A stretch of DNA of 64,000 bases. It comes from an uncultured candidate division Zixibacteria bacterium (GTDB taxonomy: Bacteria; Zixibacteria; MSB-5A5; GN15; FEB-12). A program made the position numbers and the translations under genes. Positions 8,170 through 18,591 of the stretch are shown here, piece by piece. The stretch lies in assembly GCA_963707365.1 (NCBI GenBank), contig CAVPPI010000004.1, positions 880,465 through 944,464 on the forward strand. The letters are read 5' to 3'. The notes under the pieces are model-generated. The model did no database searches, was not told the DNA's origin, and saw only the letters and a list, made by a program, of their open reading frames with translations. Numbering within the stretch: position 1 is the stretch's first letter; each line of letters begins with the position of its first letter.

Positions 8170-10452
8170 CTATGCCACTGTCTTTTGCTCGTCAGGCTTT
8201 TCCGTCATCTCGTGTTTACACTCAGGACAACGGTAGAACTCACCCTTGGCCTTGGATACTTTCTGTACCATAAACGGGTGCTTACAAGCCGGGCATTCAA
8301 TCTTTACCGGCATATCCCAGCTGGCGTAATCGCACTTCGGATAATTGGAGCAGCCATAGAAGAGCCGTCGACCCTTAGTCTGTTTTTCCGTAACCTCTCC
8401 GGAGCATCCGTCGCGCGGACACTTGATACCGAGCGTGATAGCTTTTGTATTCTTGCAGTCGGGGTAAGCCGAACAAGCCATGAAGCGACCGAACCGCCCC
8501 GACTTTATTACCATCGGAGAGCCGCACTTTTCACACTTCGCGTCTGTCTTGGTGCGGGCCTCTTCTTCCGGCAACGGGCGCGTCGATTTGCACTCCGGAT
8601 AGGCAGAGCAGGCCAAAAACCGTCCATTGCGCCCCCACTTGATTACCATCGGGGAACCGCACTTTTCGCACTTGATATCGGTCTTCTCCTCCATCGAGGC
8701 TTTGATCTCTTTCTGCTTGCCCTTGAGACCATCGATAGTCTTCTTAAACGGCTTATAAAAATCTTTGAGAATCTTTACCCAATCGTCGGAACCTTCCTCA
8801 ACCAGGTCAAGCTCACGTTCCATTCCAGCCGTAAACTTGACATTGAAGAGATCCGGGAAATTCTCGACCAGTATCTTGTTGACCGCTATGCCAAGCTCGG
8901 TTGGTTTGAGCTTGCGTTCTTCGACATCGACATACTTACGATCTTTCAGTGTCGAAATGATGGTAGCGTAAGTTGATGGTCTACCTATCCCCTCGGCTTC
9001 AAGTTCTTTAACCAGCATCGCCTCTGAGAAGCGTGCCGGCGGCTTGGTGAACGATTGCGAAGGACTCAGCTTAACCAGCTTGAGAGGATCCTTCACTTTC
9101 AGCGGCGGCAGAGTATCGAGTCCATTGCCGTTGCCGTTTTCATCCGGTTCCTTCTCTTCGTGATAAACCCTCAGGAAACCATCGAACTTAATCTTCTCGG
9201 CTACGGCACGGAACGTGTAACGACCGGCATCGATCAGGACTGTCTCGACTGCGAATTCAGCCGGGTTCATCTGGCAGGCCAGAAATCTGTTCCAGATAAG
9301 GGAGTACAGTTTGAACTGCTGTGCGGTCAGGCGTTTCTTGACCTTCTCCGGCGGCAGATCCATATAAGTGGGGCGTATAGCCTCGTGAGCGTCCTGAGCG
9401 CCTTTCTTTTTGCCGTACTGTATCGGTTTGGCAGGCAGATATTCTTTGCCGAAATTTTTCGAAATGTAACTGCGGACCGCTTTCAGCGCTTCACCCGAAA
9501 TACGGGTAGAGTCCGTACGCATATACGTTATGAGACCAACCTGGCCGTCTTTGCCGATCTCTATTCCTTCGTAGAGCTTCTGAGCAATAGACATTGTCTG
9601 CTTGGCGCTGAAACTGTGTTTCTTGGCAGCTTCCTGCTGGAGAGTCGATGTAATAAATGGAGCCGACGGTCTTTTGGTCTTCTCGGAATGTTTGACGTCG
9701 GAGACAACGTAATCGGCCTTCTCCAGTTCCTTGACATATTTCTTAACTTCTTTTTCGGACTTGATAATGATCTTCTTACTTCCTGAGCCGTTGGGAGAAG
9801 AAACTGTCAGTTCGTCGATCTTATATAGTTTGGTCTGAAATTTTTCTTTTTTCTTAGTGGCCAGTTCAGCCTGAATTTGCCAGTACTCCTGAGGCTTGAA
9901 CGCAAGCACAGCTTCTTCGCGCTCCGCGATCAGCCTGAGAGCCACGGATTGAACCCGGCCGGCAGAAAGGTTGCGGGCAACTGTACTCCAGAGGAACGGC
10001 GAAACAGTGTAGCCAACCAAACGGTCCAATACGCGGCGAGCCTGCTGGGCATTGACCAGGTTCATATTGATGTCGCGCGGGTTCGAGATTGCCTCGGTGA
10101 CGGCCGGCTTGGTGATTTCATTAAAGGCCACGCGCACGATTTTAGCCTTGGTGCCTTTGATGCTGTTGGCTACGTGCCAGGCAATAGCCTCTCCCTCGCG
10201 ATCGGGGTCAGGGGCAAGAAATATAGTGTCAGCCTTCTTCGCAGCTTTCATGATATCCTTGATTACCTTTTCCTTGCCTTTTATGACAATATATTCAGGC
10301 TCGAAGTCTTTTTTGGGGTCGATACCGATCTTTGATTTGGGGAGGTCGACGATATGACCGATAGTGGCCATGATCTCAAAATCTTTTCCCAGAAATCGCG
10401 CAAGGGTTCTTGTTTTGGCCGGTGACTCAACGATCAGTAAGTTCTTCGCCAT
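8170..10452 (-). CDS. topA: DNA topoisomerase I
   Basis: An N-terminal TOPRIM domain (LLIVESPAKTRTL, APDPDREGEAIAWH), the active-site region TYMRTDSTR, and repeated C-terminal CxxC zinc ribbons. Confidence 0.95.
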   Translation of the reverse strand: MAKNLLIVESPAKTRTLARFLGKDFEIMATIGHIVDLPKSKIGIDPKKDFEPEYIVIKGKEKVIKDIMKAAKKADTIFLAPDPDREGEAIAWHVANSIKGTKAKIVRVAFNEITKPAVTEAISNPRDINMNLVNAQQARRVLDRLVGYTVSPFLWSTVARNLSAGRVQSVALRLIAEREEAVLAFKPQEYWQIQAELATKKKEKFQTKLYKIDELTVSSPNGSGSKKIIIKSEKEVKKYVKELEKADYVVSDVKHSEKTKRPSAPFITSTLQQEAAKKHSFSAKQTMSIAQKLYEGIEIGKDGQVGLITYMRTDSTRISGEALKAVRSYISKNFGKEYLPAKPIQYGKKKGAQDAHEAIRPTYMDLPPEKVKKRLTAQQFKLYSLIWNRFLACQMNPAEFAVETVLIDAGRYTFRAVAEKIKFDGFLRVYHEEKEPDENGNGNGLDTLPPLKVKDPLKLVKLSPSQSFTKPPARFSEAMLVKELEAEGIGRPSTYATIISTLKDRKYVDVEERKLKPTELGIAVNKILVENFPDLFNVKFTAGMERELDLVEEGSDDWVKILKDFYKPFKKTIDGLKGKQKEIKASMEEKTDIKCEKCGSPMVIKWGRNGRFLACSAYPECKSTRPLPEEEARTKTDAKCEKCGSPMVIKSGRFGRFMACSAYPDCKNTKAITLGIKCPRDGCSGEVTEKQTKGRRLFYGCSNYPKCDYASWDMPVKIECPACKHPFMVQKVSKAKGEFYRCPECKHEMTEKPDEQKTVA

Positions 10453-10491
10453 TTTGTTCCTTTTTAGTCCGAGTTGAAACAGAGATATATA

Positions 10492-10719
10492 TTACATCGA
10501 ATTGGAACGCGTAAACTTAACCCTTCCCTCCAAAAGATCTTTCAATGCCACCATTGTAATCTTGCGGGCCTCTATTTCTACCGACGGATTCTCTTCCATT
10601 TTCTCCAGCGAGCGTAAGCGCTTGTTGTTCAAGCTCCTGGCATGCTGAGAAGCAACGATAACGGCCTCGTATCGATTGAGTCCGAGCTTTTTCAGTTCGT
10701 CGACGGGTAATCTATGCAC
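10492..10719 (-). CDS. rpoZ: DNA-directed RNA polymerase subunit omega
   Basis: NRYEAVIVASQHARSL, 75 aa, located downstream of gmk. Confidence 0.8.
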   Translation of the reverse strand: MHRLPVDELKKLGLNRYEAVIVASQHARSLNNKRLRSLEKMEENPSVEIEARKITMVALKDLLEGRVKFTRSNSM

Positions 10720-10748
10720 TTCGTCCTCCTAATTAGAAAATCAATCAA

Positions 10749-11369
10749 TTAAACTGACAATTTTCCGATTTGTTCCTCTTTTATATTTTCCGTCCGGCAA
10801 TGATGGCAGTTGATAATGCTCAAAACCTCTTTGACGGCCGTATCTAAGTCCTCATTAATAACGGCATATTTGAATTTCCGATACAGGCTCATCTCTTTCC
10901 GGGCGTTTTCAAATCTAACTTTTAGTTGTTCAGCGGTTTCCGTTCCCCGACGGGTCAGTCGCTTTCTCAGGACTGATGTTGACGGTGGCAGAATGAATAT
11001 GGTTATGGCTTCCGGATATTCTTTACGCAGCCTGTCAGCCCCTTTAACATCAACATCGAGAATCACCACCCCGCCGCTTTTCACGGCCTGCTCCAATGGT
11101 TTGCGCGGTGTACCATAATGATAGAGGTGAACCTTAAAGTGTTCGGCGAAGTAATTTGCTTTGACCTTGGCCTTGAAATCTTTGTCATCGACGAAAATAT
11201 ATTCGCGGCCGTTTCGCTCACCGGGGCGTTTCTTTCGGGTAGTATATGAAATGGAAAAACGCCAGCCATTTTTCTTTCGGGCAGGGCTTAACAGCTTGCG
11301 GCATATCGAGGTCTTGCCGCCGCCGGAGGGTGATGATATAACTACAATCTTGCCTTGTTTACTCTTCAT
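10749..11369 (-). CDS. gmk: Guanylate kinase
   Basis: P-loop SSPSGGGKTS, YTTRKKRPGERNGREYIFV and the ILDVDVKGA region. Confidence 0.9.
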   Translation of the reverse strand: MKSKQGKIVVISSPSGGGKTSICRKLLSPARKKNGWRFSISYTTRKKRPGERNGREYIFVDDKDFKAKVKANYFAEHFKVHLYHYGTPRKPLEQAVKSGGVVILDVDVKGADRLRKEYPEAITIFILPPSTSVLRKRLTRRGTETAEQLKVRFENARKEMSLYRKFKYAVINEDLDTAVKEVLSIINCHHCRTENIKEEQIGKLSV

Positions 11370-11392
11370 CGTCCTGAGGGAGTCCTTCCCCG

Positions 11393-12268
11393 CTACTCAA
11401 CATTCTGCACAAGCTCGCGAATCTTTTCGATCTCTTCCTTAATTATAATAACCATGGAAGAAATCTCCATATCGACGGATTTTGATGCTATTGTATTTGC
11501 CTCGCGGTTCATTTCCTGTAAGATAAAGTTGAGCTTCTTACCTCTTGGACCTTCGTCTTTTAAGGCAGCCTGGTACTGATCTACATGGCTCAGAAAGCGA
11601 GTACACTCTTCGGTGATGTCTGTTTTCTCGGCCATCAGGGCAATCTGTTCTTCGACCCTTATATTTTCGGGCAGCGGAGCATCAAGAAGCTCCTCGAGAC
11701 GTTTGGAGATTTTTTCGCGATAGCGATCAACCGCTCCGACAGCAAATTTCTTAATCTGCTTGACCTGTTTGGATAGAACCGAAAGCCGCTTTTTCATATC
11801 ACGGGCCATAGCCAGACCTTCGGCCCGCCGCATATCAACCAGACCTTTCAGGGCTTTTTCCGCCGCCTTTTTCAGGTCGTTCCAGATGGCCTCATCACTG
11901 ATACTATCTTCTTCCGGTTTAGCGATTTCGGGAAGAAGCAAAAGATCCGCCAGAGCCAGATCGCCGCTGATTTTGAGCTCCTTGCGCAGTGCCGTCAATT
12001 GTATATAGTATGATTTCAGGGCCGACTTGTTGATGCGGTATTGCTCCCCCAACCCACTGTTGGCATCGAAGCCCACATATATAGAGATCTTCCCCCGGCT
12101 GATGAGCGAACCTACCAGGTCTCTAATTCTTGGCTCCATGGTGAAGAACTGACGCGGCAAGCGCTGATTGATCTCCAGGAAACGATTGTTTACGCTGGAT
12201 ATCTCCACCGTATACTTGCCCGTGCTTGTTTTCAATTCAGCTTTGCCGAACCCGGTCATCGAATTCAT
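11393..12268 (-). CDS. yicC: YicC-family stress-induced protein
   Basis: N-terminal SMTGFGKAE, SVNNRFLEI and C-terminal QEMNREANTIASKS. Confidence 0.85.
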   Translation of the reverse strand: MNSMTGFGKAELKTSTGKYTVEISSVNNRFLEINQRLPRQFFTMEPRIRDLVGSLISRGKISIYVGFDANSGLGEQYRINKSALKSYYIQLTALRKELKISGDLALADLLLLPEIAKPEEDSISDEAIWNDLKKAAEKALKGLVDMRRAEGLAMARDMKKRLSVLSKQVKQIKKFAVGAVDRYREKISKRLEELLDAPLPENIRVEEQIALMAEKTDITEECTRFLSHVDQYQAALKDEGPRGKKLNFILQEMNREANTIASKSVDMEISSMVIIIKEEIEKIRELVQNVE

Positions 12269-12352
12269 CTTATGATACCCTTAAAATAAAAAAACAGGCT
12301 AAAGAATAAGCCTTTGGCCGCATTTGTCAACTGATATTACCTTCAAAGTGAC

Positions 12353-13048
12353 CTATTTGCCCGATTTGACACTGAAACTCAACTCTTCTCTTCCGGCTAA
12401 AACTTTGTCGAGCGTTAGTTTGGAGGGGGATTCGGATATTTGAGGCGACCTCTCGCACATAGCCTTGAGTTGCCGCGCGGAACGACATATCTCGCTGATT
12501 CGACTGGTCAGTTCTCCATCGGTAGGGTCAGCATCCATCAGAATATTCTCCGCCGTGCGCAGAATCGTTTCCAGAGATTCGTTCATTTCACTTGTTTGAT
12601 CGTGTGTCATTCGACGATTCACAGCCCTCACCCGATTGGTGTGGTCCGCCCGGCTGAGTTGACGACGACGGTACAAGCCGCTGACCATACGCGGGATCAC
12701 GGCATAATACGAGCTGTCTTTAATCAGCAGTTCCTCGCAGCCGCACCGGAATACTTCTTTTGTCATCTGTTCGGAGATATCCTGAGCTACTACAATTACG
12801 GCAAGATCGGGATCGGCCTGATGCAGAGCACGAACGAGGTTGGCGCCATCGCAGTCGGCGAGACAGAAATCAACTACGGCAATGTCGAACTTTTGATGTT
12901 GGATAGCTTTCCGAGCCTGCGCAGAGGATTGAGCCAGAATTACAAGAGAACCGTTTAACCGCCGGGCAATCTGCTGTTCCATAAGCATACCGTGATACCC
13001 GTTTTGTTCGACGATTAAGATTCTCGGCCCGATTTCCGGCACTGGCAC
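12353..13048 (-). CDS. Response regulator (receiver domain plus uncharacterised C-terminal region)
   Basis: A receiver-like fold (ILIVEQ..., FDIAVVDFCLADCDG, VIVVAQD, LLIKD). The gene starts 9 nt downstream of the kinase gene. Confidence 0.65.
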   Translation of the reverse strand: MPVPEIGPRILIVEQNGYHGMLMEQQIARRLNGSLVILAQSSAQARKAIQHQKFDIAVVDFCLADCDGANLVRALHQADPDLAVIVVAQDISEQMTKEVFRCGCEELLIKDSSYYAVIPRMVSGLYRRRQLSRADHTNRVRAVNRRMTHDQTSEMNESLETILRTAENILMDADPTDGELTSRISEICRSARQLKAMCERSPQISESPSKLTLDKVLAGREELSFSVKSGK

Positions 13049-13057
13049 GTTAGCACC

Positions 13058-14416
13058 TCATTGCACAGGTATTGAGATTCTTACTAAGGTCCCTTCCCCT
13101 TCGGTCGACGTGATATCTATTTCACCGCTAAGAGTTTCAATCAGTTTTTTTGTCAGCGCCAATCCGAGTCCCAGCCCCTGAATGTTCTGTATGTTCTTAT
13201 CCGGGACACGGTAGAAGAAGTCGCACAATCTCGGGATATTTCTTGAGGCTATCCCCACACCGTTGTCGGCGATATCGATAGTGCACCTTTCGTCGCTGAC
13301 TTCCGCTTTTATCTTTATGTTTATCTTATCTTTGTCATTGTAAACCACGCTGTTACAAAGCACATTGTAAATTGCCGCTCCAAGCACACGCGGAAGAGTC
13401 TTCATCTTCGGCATATTCTTGTATGTGCAATTCACGGCGACACCGGGATACAGCGCAAGAACCCTCTGCATCTGCTGATTAAAAAGCAGATTCAAATCAA
13501 CCACCTGAACCGAGTCGTTCGTTTTGATTTGCCGCACAAATCCGGAAAGACGACGGACCACATCACGCATTCCGCTAACAGCACCATCGATCTTCTGAAG
13601 GCAATGGTTGCCATTCTCGCCGAGTTCGTTGTAGAATTCATGGCATACCTGATTGGCAGTGAATGACACGGATTTTAGCGACTTGCCCAGATTGCTCAGT
13701 ACCGCTTGCCACATTTTCCAATCCACCGTACCTGCCGACATAGAATCCGCAGGCTGAAATCCGGGAATAAAGACAAAACAACTGCTCAAATCGTTGGGAG
13801 AATCACCCAATTTCATCACGATTAGTCGAGCATGCTCAATGGGTGAGGTTTTTATATTTATCGCCAGGTCGGAATAGTGACCTTCACTGCCCTCCGGTGT
13901 GGCAATATGATCGACGATCTGCTTTTCAACATGTGGTGGATTGTACTCGACGATGCTCTTGAAAGCGTCGCGATAGTTACCCTCTAGTTGGGTTTCATTG
14001 AATATCGTCAGCGTTGTGGGGTTATACCCGATAACGGCTCCCTCGTGATCGGTCAGGAAGGCCCCGATACGAAGAGAATCGAGAAAACCGACGGTAAACT
14101 TAATGTCGCACATAAGGTCCGAAGCGCTCTCAGCACCTCCGGAACTTCTAATCATTTTTGCGCCGAGAGAAATAGCCGCACGGGCGGATGTTAGCGCCGC
14201 TCCGGCCTGATGATGGTCAAAGTTCTCGGGGAAAACCAGTCTCACCAGAAACATGCTGTTATCTGCTGATTGTATCCGGGTGATATACTCATCCGGAGCA
14301 ACACCGTGCTTTTCAATAACAGTCCGGACAGCTTCCTGATCGATAAACGAGTATTCTTCCCCCGTAGTCGCAACTTCGCAGTGAAGCGGGCCAATTTCGC
14401 CGATAGCGTCGAACAC
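13058..14416 (-). CDS. Sensor histidine kinase, C-terminal fragment (GAF-like remainder, DHp, HATPase_c)
   Basis: H-box-like CHEFYNEL, N-box VLCNSVVYN, G-boxes DNGVGI and GLGLGLALTKKLIE. The track start is GTG, and the frame stays open upstream to 14473. Confidence 0.75.
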   Translation of the reverse strand: MFDAIGEIGPLHCEVATTGEEYSFIDQEAVRTVIEKHGVAPDEYITRIQSADNSMFLVRLVFPENFDHHQAGAALTSARAAISLGAKMIRSSGGAESASDLMCDIKFTVGFLDSLRIGAFLTDHEGAVIGYNPTTLTIFNETQLEGNYRDAFKSIVEYNPPHVEKQIVDHIATPEGSEGHYSDLAINIKTSPIEHARLIVMKLGDSPNDLSSCFVFIPGFQPADSMSAGTVDWKMWQAVLSNLGKSLKSVSFTANQVCHEFYNELGENGNHCLQKIDGAVSGMRDVVRRLSGFVRQIKTNDSVQVVDLNLLFNQQMQRVLALYPGVAVNCTYKNMPKMKTLPRVLGAAIYNVLCNSVVYNDKDKINIKIKAEVSDERCTIDIADNGVGIASRNIPRLCDFFYRVPDKNIQNIQGLGLGLALTKKLIETLSGEIDITSTEGEGTLVRISIPVQ

Positions 14417-14456
14417 ATGGCTGCCCGAGTCATTGCCGCTGACCGCCGAACGCGGT

Positions 14457-14975
14457 TCAAGATTCTGCCCCGTTTATCAGGTAGACACAGGCCTGGCGGG
14501 CTTTGGTGCATCGGCAGATGACCTGAAGGAGCTGTCTCCAGTCGAGGGCGCCATCGATAGCCAAAATATTCTCGACAATGGAGTCATAAGGACTCTGAGT
14601 TCTCGACGCCGCTTGAGAGCTGTCCAGATCGGCCTGATCGATTATAAGCTGGTAATTGACGGGGTTACCGGCAATAAAGTTCAGCGATACCACGGCGCGG
14701 GCCGTGACAGGATTGCGTGATTGATCGTAAAGCGTTATTGACGTGGAATCAAAGAAAGTCTCATAGTGATTACGGTGTGAAAGCAACTGCTCGATCAGCT
14801 TTTGAGACGGTTCATCTACGAAGTCAAGAAGTGACTTGCCAAAGAGGTCTTCTCTCGTGTAGCCGAGCAGGTCTTCTATTTTTTCATCAAGGTAGACGAA
14901 TCGTCCCTTAAGATCGATTTTGCAGACGGCACATCGTTTTAAGCCGATGGCACTAGAGGACTGCTGAATGGTCAT
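14457..14975 (-). CDS. PAS-domain protein, probably the N-terminal fragment of the same sensor kinase
   Basis: A PAS fold (IDLKGRFVYLDEKIEDLLGYTREDLFGKSLLDFV) is followed by the beginning of a GAF-like segment. That segment ends abruptly at a stop, 1 frame off from the kinase ORF. Confidence 0.7.
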   Translation of the reverse strand: MTIQQSSSAIGLKRCAVCKIDLKGRFVYLDEKIEDLLGYTREDLFGKSLLDFVDEPSQKLIEQLLSHRNHYETFFDSTSITLYDQSRNPVTARAVVSLNFIAGNPVNYQLIIDQADLDSSQAASRTQSPYDSIVENILAIDGALDWRQLLQVICRCTKARQACVYLINGAES

Positions 14976-14987
14976 GTTTTTATCAGT

Positions 14988-17003
14988 CTAATTTGCCTTC
15001 AACAATTTCACATGGTATGTTTGCCGGTCTGTGTTGACCACCACGATGTATACACCGGCTGCCACAGTCTTTCCATTGAGATTGCGGCCATCCCACTGTT
15101 CTACCAATACATTTAGTGCATCGGCACTTACGGAGAAATTATTGACTTTTTCCCATACTTTTTCTCCGGAACTGTTGAAAAACGAAATAGACCTGACGTC
15201 ACCGGCCTCAGGCTTGATAAATATCGAAACCTGGTCGGTGAAGGGATTGGGCCCGGCGGCAACCGGGTCTGAGGACACACCGTAAACCTGAACGGTGAAA
15301 AACGAGGTATCGACGAAATCCGTCAGTGTGGCAATTAGCCCGAAACGAACCGACGGCAAATTGGCAAGTCCGCCGCTGATTTCAAGCGATCCCGTACCAT
15401 CGCCGTTATCCGTAAGAGAGACCCATTGTGGCAGATCGAGCCCGCTAAAAGACGGGATATCGTCTGACCAGCCACTCGTAACGAAATCAAACGTCCGGGT
15501 CTGATTGTACTGAACCTGTAATATCTCAGGTAAGCTGAAATCCACAAACAAGTTAGCTGTTCTGGCGGCATTGAAAAGCCCCCAACCAAAGTCGTTGTCA
15601 GGGTTGTCTCTCTGACTACCGGCAGACTTGATGCGCTCAATAAGCCCGGCGGCCGTGAGGTCCGGATCTCGCTCAAACACCAGCGCGGCCCCGCCGGCGG
15701 TCAAGGGCGCGGAGAACGAAGTGCCATTGACAAATATGTATCCACCGACATGGCTGGCAGCGTATACCCCCACACCGAGCGCCGTAATATCCGGCTTTAT
15801 CCGTCCGTCGGCTGATGGTCCTGGAGACGAAAAGGAAGCCAGGGTCGAATCGCCGTTAGCGGCACCAACGGCCAGTACCGAGTCGCCATCGGCCGGCGCA
15901 ATAATATGTCCCCAGGCATGATTGCGTTCGTTGCCGGCCGAATTGACCACGAGAATATTTTTTGATGCGGCTATGTCAGCAGCTATAGTAATCAGGGTCG
16001 TGTTGCCGTCGAGGTCCTCAAAAGTATAGCTGCCGCTATCCTGAAATTCGGTGTAACCGAGCGAGGAATTAATGATATCAACACCGATAGAATCGGCCCA
16101 TTCTGCAGCGGCTATCCAGTTGTATTCTTCCATTTTGACTTCAATACCATTGCACGTGATCTCGGTCTTGGCCAACACGAAGTCAGCATTATGAGCGACA
16201 CCTATAAGTGTCCCGGGAACGTATGCTCCCACAACCGAAAGAGTAGCCGTACCATGGAAGGTCTGGTCGGCGGAAGTCGTTGACGGGCACTCTCGTTCAT
16301 CAACTGCGACATCGTCATTTATGAAGTCGTAGGTGGCAATGATACTCGTAGAATCAAAGGCATCATGCGAGGGGTCAAACCCGCCGTCAAAGAAGGCGAT
16401 AGTTACGCCCAGTCCGGTTAGCTCCGCCTGATGGAGTTTGAGAGCATTTATGAACTCAGTCTGAAAGAGCGACGGTCCATATTCAAAATCGAACGTTTCC
16501 AACAGCGGAGGAACCGGTTTTGCCGAACTTATCTCATCGTCGCGATCGGCGACCAGTGTCCTCACCAGATCCACTTTTCGAACGAACGGCAAAGCCGCCG
16601 CCCGGGAAAGGCGGCCGGCATCCGCTTCTACAGCTACCGCTTTGAGCCATTTAGACACCCGCTTCACCAACACCCCGGTGTTTTCGATCTGCCGGACAAT
16701 AGACTCAGGAACGGGATAATCGCGCCAATCCACCAGAAGACCATCAGGATCTGCCTTGGCCCGTCGTTTCTTTGCCCGTTCTGTCAGCACAAAGGCGGCC
16801 GGATCAACGGCTGAAGAATCGAGGTACAGCCAAAACTGTTCCTCTTGCTGCACTCCCATGGTCTTGATCAGAGAACCGGCCTGCGAGGTAAACTTGCCCG
16901 AAGGCTCTTGGGCCCACGAATATTCTGAGATCATGCCGGGGGCAATACCGGCGATGAGGCCAACAAGAATGAATCTGTATGTCCGGATTTTGAAAGTTTT
17001 CAT
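14988..17003 (-). CDS. Secreted subtilisin-like (S8) serine protease with T9SS-type C-terminal domain
   Basis: Signal peptide, triad motifs FFDGGFD, HGTATLSVVG and GTSFSAPLTAGGAALV, and the C-terminal PNPFTDQVSIF...AAGVYIVVV...KLLKAN. Confidence 0.85.
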   Translation of the reverse strand: MKTFKIRTYRFILVGLIAGIAPGMISEYSWAQEPSGKFTSQAGSLIKTMGVQQEEQFWLYLDSSAVDPAAFVLTERAKKRRAKADPDGLLVDWRDYPVPESIVRQIENTGVLVKRVSKWLKAVAVEADAGRLSRAAALPFVRKVDLVRTLVADRDDEISSAKPVPPLLETFDFEYGPSLFQTEFINALKLHQAELTGLGVTIAFFDGGFDPSHDAFDSTSIIATYDFINDDVAVDERECPSTTSADQTFHGTATLSVVGAYVPGTLIGVAHNADFVLAKTEITCNGIEVKMEEYNWIAAAEWADSIGVDIINSSLGYTEFQDSGSYTFEDLDGNTTLITIAADIAASKNILVVNSAGNERNHAWGHIIAPADGDSVLAVGAANGDSTLASFSSPGPSADGRIKPDITALGVGVYAASHVGGYIFVNGTSFSAPLTAGGAALVFERDPDLTAAGLIERIKSAGSQRDNPDNDFGWGLFNAARTANLFVDFSLPEILQVQYNQTRTFDFVTSGWSDDIPSFSGLDLPQWVSLTDNGDGTGSLEISGGLANLPSVRFGLIATLTDFVDTSFFTVQVYGVSSDPVAAGPNPFTDQVSIFIKPEAGDVRSISFFNSSGEKVWEKVNNFSVSADALNVLVEQWDGRNLNGKTVAAGVYIVVVNTDRQTYHVKLLKAN

Positions 17004-17135
17004 TAGAACGAGACTTTCCGTTTAATCGGCTGTTATCAAAGCATTACTAAAAATAACGCTAAGGACGCTGTCTTTGTTCGAAGATTCCACAGGACTTTCC
17101 CGGTCTTTTCCTGAAGACGGACTGTCTGCGTTCGG

Positions 17136-17891
17136 TCACAGGACTTTTGCCAGAAAATCCTTTGTTCGCTGGTGTTTCGGATTTGAGAAGAACTGGTCGG
17201 GGCCTCCCACTTCTACGATTTTGCCTTCATCCATGAAAATAATCCGGTCGGCAACCTCCCGGGCAAAACCAATCTCGTGAGTGACGACAAGCATGGTCAT
17301 GCCTTCTTTGGCCAACTGCTTCATAACCTCGAGAACCTCGCCAATCATCTCGGGGTCGAGCGCGGAGGTGACCTCGTCGAAAAGCATAATCTTAGGATTC
17401 ATCGCCAGGGCGCGGGCAATAGCGACACGCTGTTTTTGCCCGCCTGAGAGCTGCCCCGGATAGGCGCTCACCTTGTCTTTGAGTCCCACCTTGCCCAGCA
17501 ATTCGGCCGAAACACGTACGGCCTCCTCTTTTGACCTTCGGCGCACCACTCTCTGAGCCAGACAGACATTGCCAAGGACTGACAGATGCGGGAAGAGATT
17601 GAAATGCTGAAACACCATGCCGACCTCGAGCCGGATCTGGTGCATCTGATGATGATCGCGGTCAATCAGGAAACCATCGACATTGATCTCCCCGCCCTGA
17701 ATTTCTTCCAGGCCATTTAAGCATCGCAACAAGGTTGATTTACCGGACCCGGACGGTCCCAAAATGACCAGCACTTCCCCCTGAGCCACCGTCAGGCTGA
17801 GGTCACTTAATGCAACAACATCGCCAAAGCGACACGTGACGTTCTTGACATCAATGATCATTTCGATTCGCTCCGTAGCCATGAATGGCAA
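17136..17891 (-). CDS. Polar amino-acid ABC transporter ATP-binding protein
   Basis: Walker [10 protein letters not shown], signature [15 protein letters not shown] and Walker [13 protein letters not shown]. The real start is probably an internal Met at 17882 or 17861. Confidence 0.9.
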   Translation of the reverse strand: MPFMATERIEMIIDVKNVTCRFGDVVALSDLSLTVAQGEVLVILGPSGSGKSTLLRCLNGLEEIQGGEINVDGFLIDRDHHQMHQIRLEVGMVFQHFNLFPHLSVLGNVCLAQRVVRRRSKEEAVRVSAELLGKVGLKDKVSAYPGQLSGGQKQRVAIARALAMNPKIMLFDEVTSALDPEMIGEVLEVMKQLAKEGMTMLVVTHEIGFAREVADRIIFMDEGKIVEVGGPDQFFSNPKHQRTKDFLAKVL

Positions 17892-18537
17892 ATTTCTTTT
17901 CCAGATGCTTAACGAGCCTGGTCAGAGTGAGCGTCATGATCAGATATATGGCGCCGACCACCAGCCACGTATGAAAATCAAGAAAATATTGATTGGCGTA
18001 TTCCCGTCCGGCACGGGTGAGCTCTCTGAGGCCGATAATTGACACGAGTGATGAGTCCTTAAGACAGGCAATAAACTCGTTGGCTCCGGGAGCGACGACA
18101 ATCCGGAAAGATTGTGGCAATATTATATGACGTAGCGTCTGCCATCGTGTCATCCCCAGCGACATGGCTGCTTCGTGTTGACCGTAATCAATAGCTTCTA
18201 TCCCTGAGCGAAAAATCTCGGCCATATAGGCGCCGTAACAAACACCGACGGCAAGCACACCCGCAACAAATCTGTCAAGGTTTATGACTTTTCCAAGGCC
18301 GAAGTAAAAGAAAAAGATCAACACCAGAAGCGGCACGCCACGGAGAGTATTAATGTAGGCGCCCGCTATGGTTCGAACAAACCGGTTGCGGGAAATACGA
18401 GCTATTCCAAAGACCAACCCCAATATCATAGCCAGTGCGTATGCCAGAACCGAGATGAGGATAGTCCAATGGACAACCTGAATAAGATAAAAGAAAATCT
18501 TAGACAGGATGCCAAGCTGTTCTAATAGCCAGGTCAT
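17851..18537 (-). CDS. Polar amino-acid ABC transporter permease (HisMQ family)
   Basis: About 5 TM helices, a conserved EAA-like loop ([23 protein letters not shown]) and a size of 228 aa. Confidence 0.85.
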   Translation of the reverse strand: MTWLLEQLGILSKIFFYLIQVVHWTILISVLAYALAMILGLVFGIARISRNRFVRTIAGAYINTLRGVPLLVLIFFFYFGLGKVINLDRFVAGVLAVGVCYGAYMAEIFRSGIEAIDYGQHEAAMSLGMTRWQTLRHIILPQSFRIVVAPGANEFIACLKDSSLVSIIGLRELTRAGREYANQYFLDFHTWLVVGAIYLIMTLTLTRLVKHLEKKFAIHGYGANRNDH

Positions 18538-18591
18538 GCGGTGCTGCTTAGTAAAGATCGCCCGGTGAGACCGGGTTCCCTTGCCTTCCTC

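Noticed and set aside
12269-12352. A possible terminator (AGGCT-N8-AGCCT + T7) and promoter (TTGACA-N16-TATTCT) between the response regulator and yicC
   Set aside because: The stem is only 5 bp and the -10 box is poor. It is plausible but not strong enough to list as a feature.
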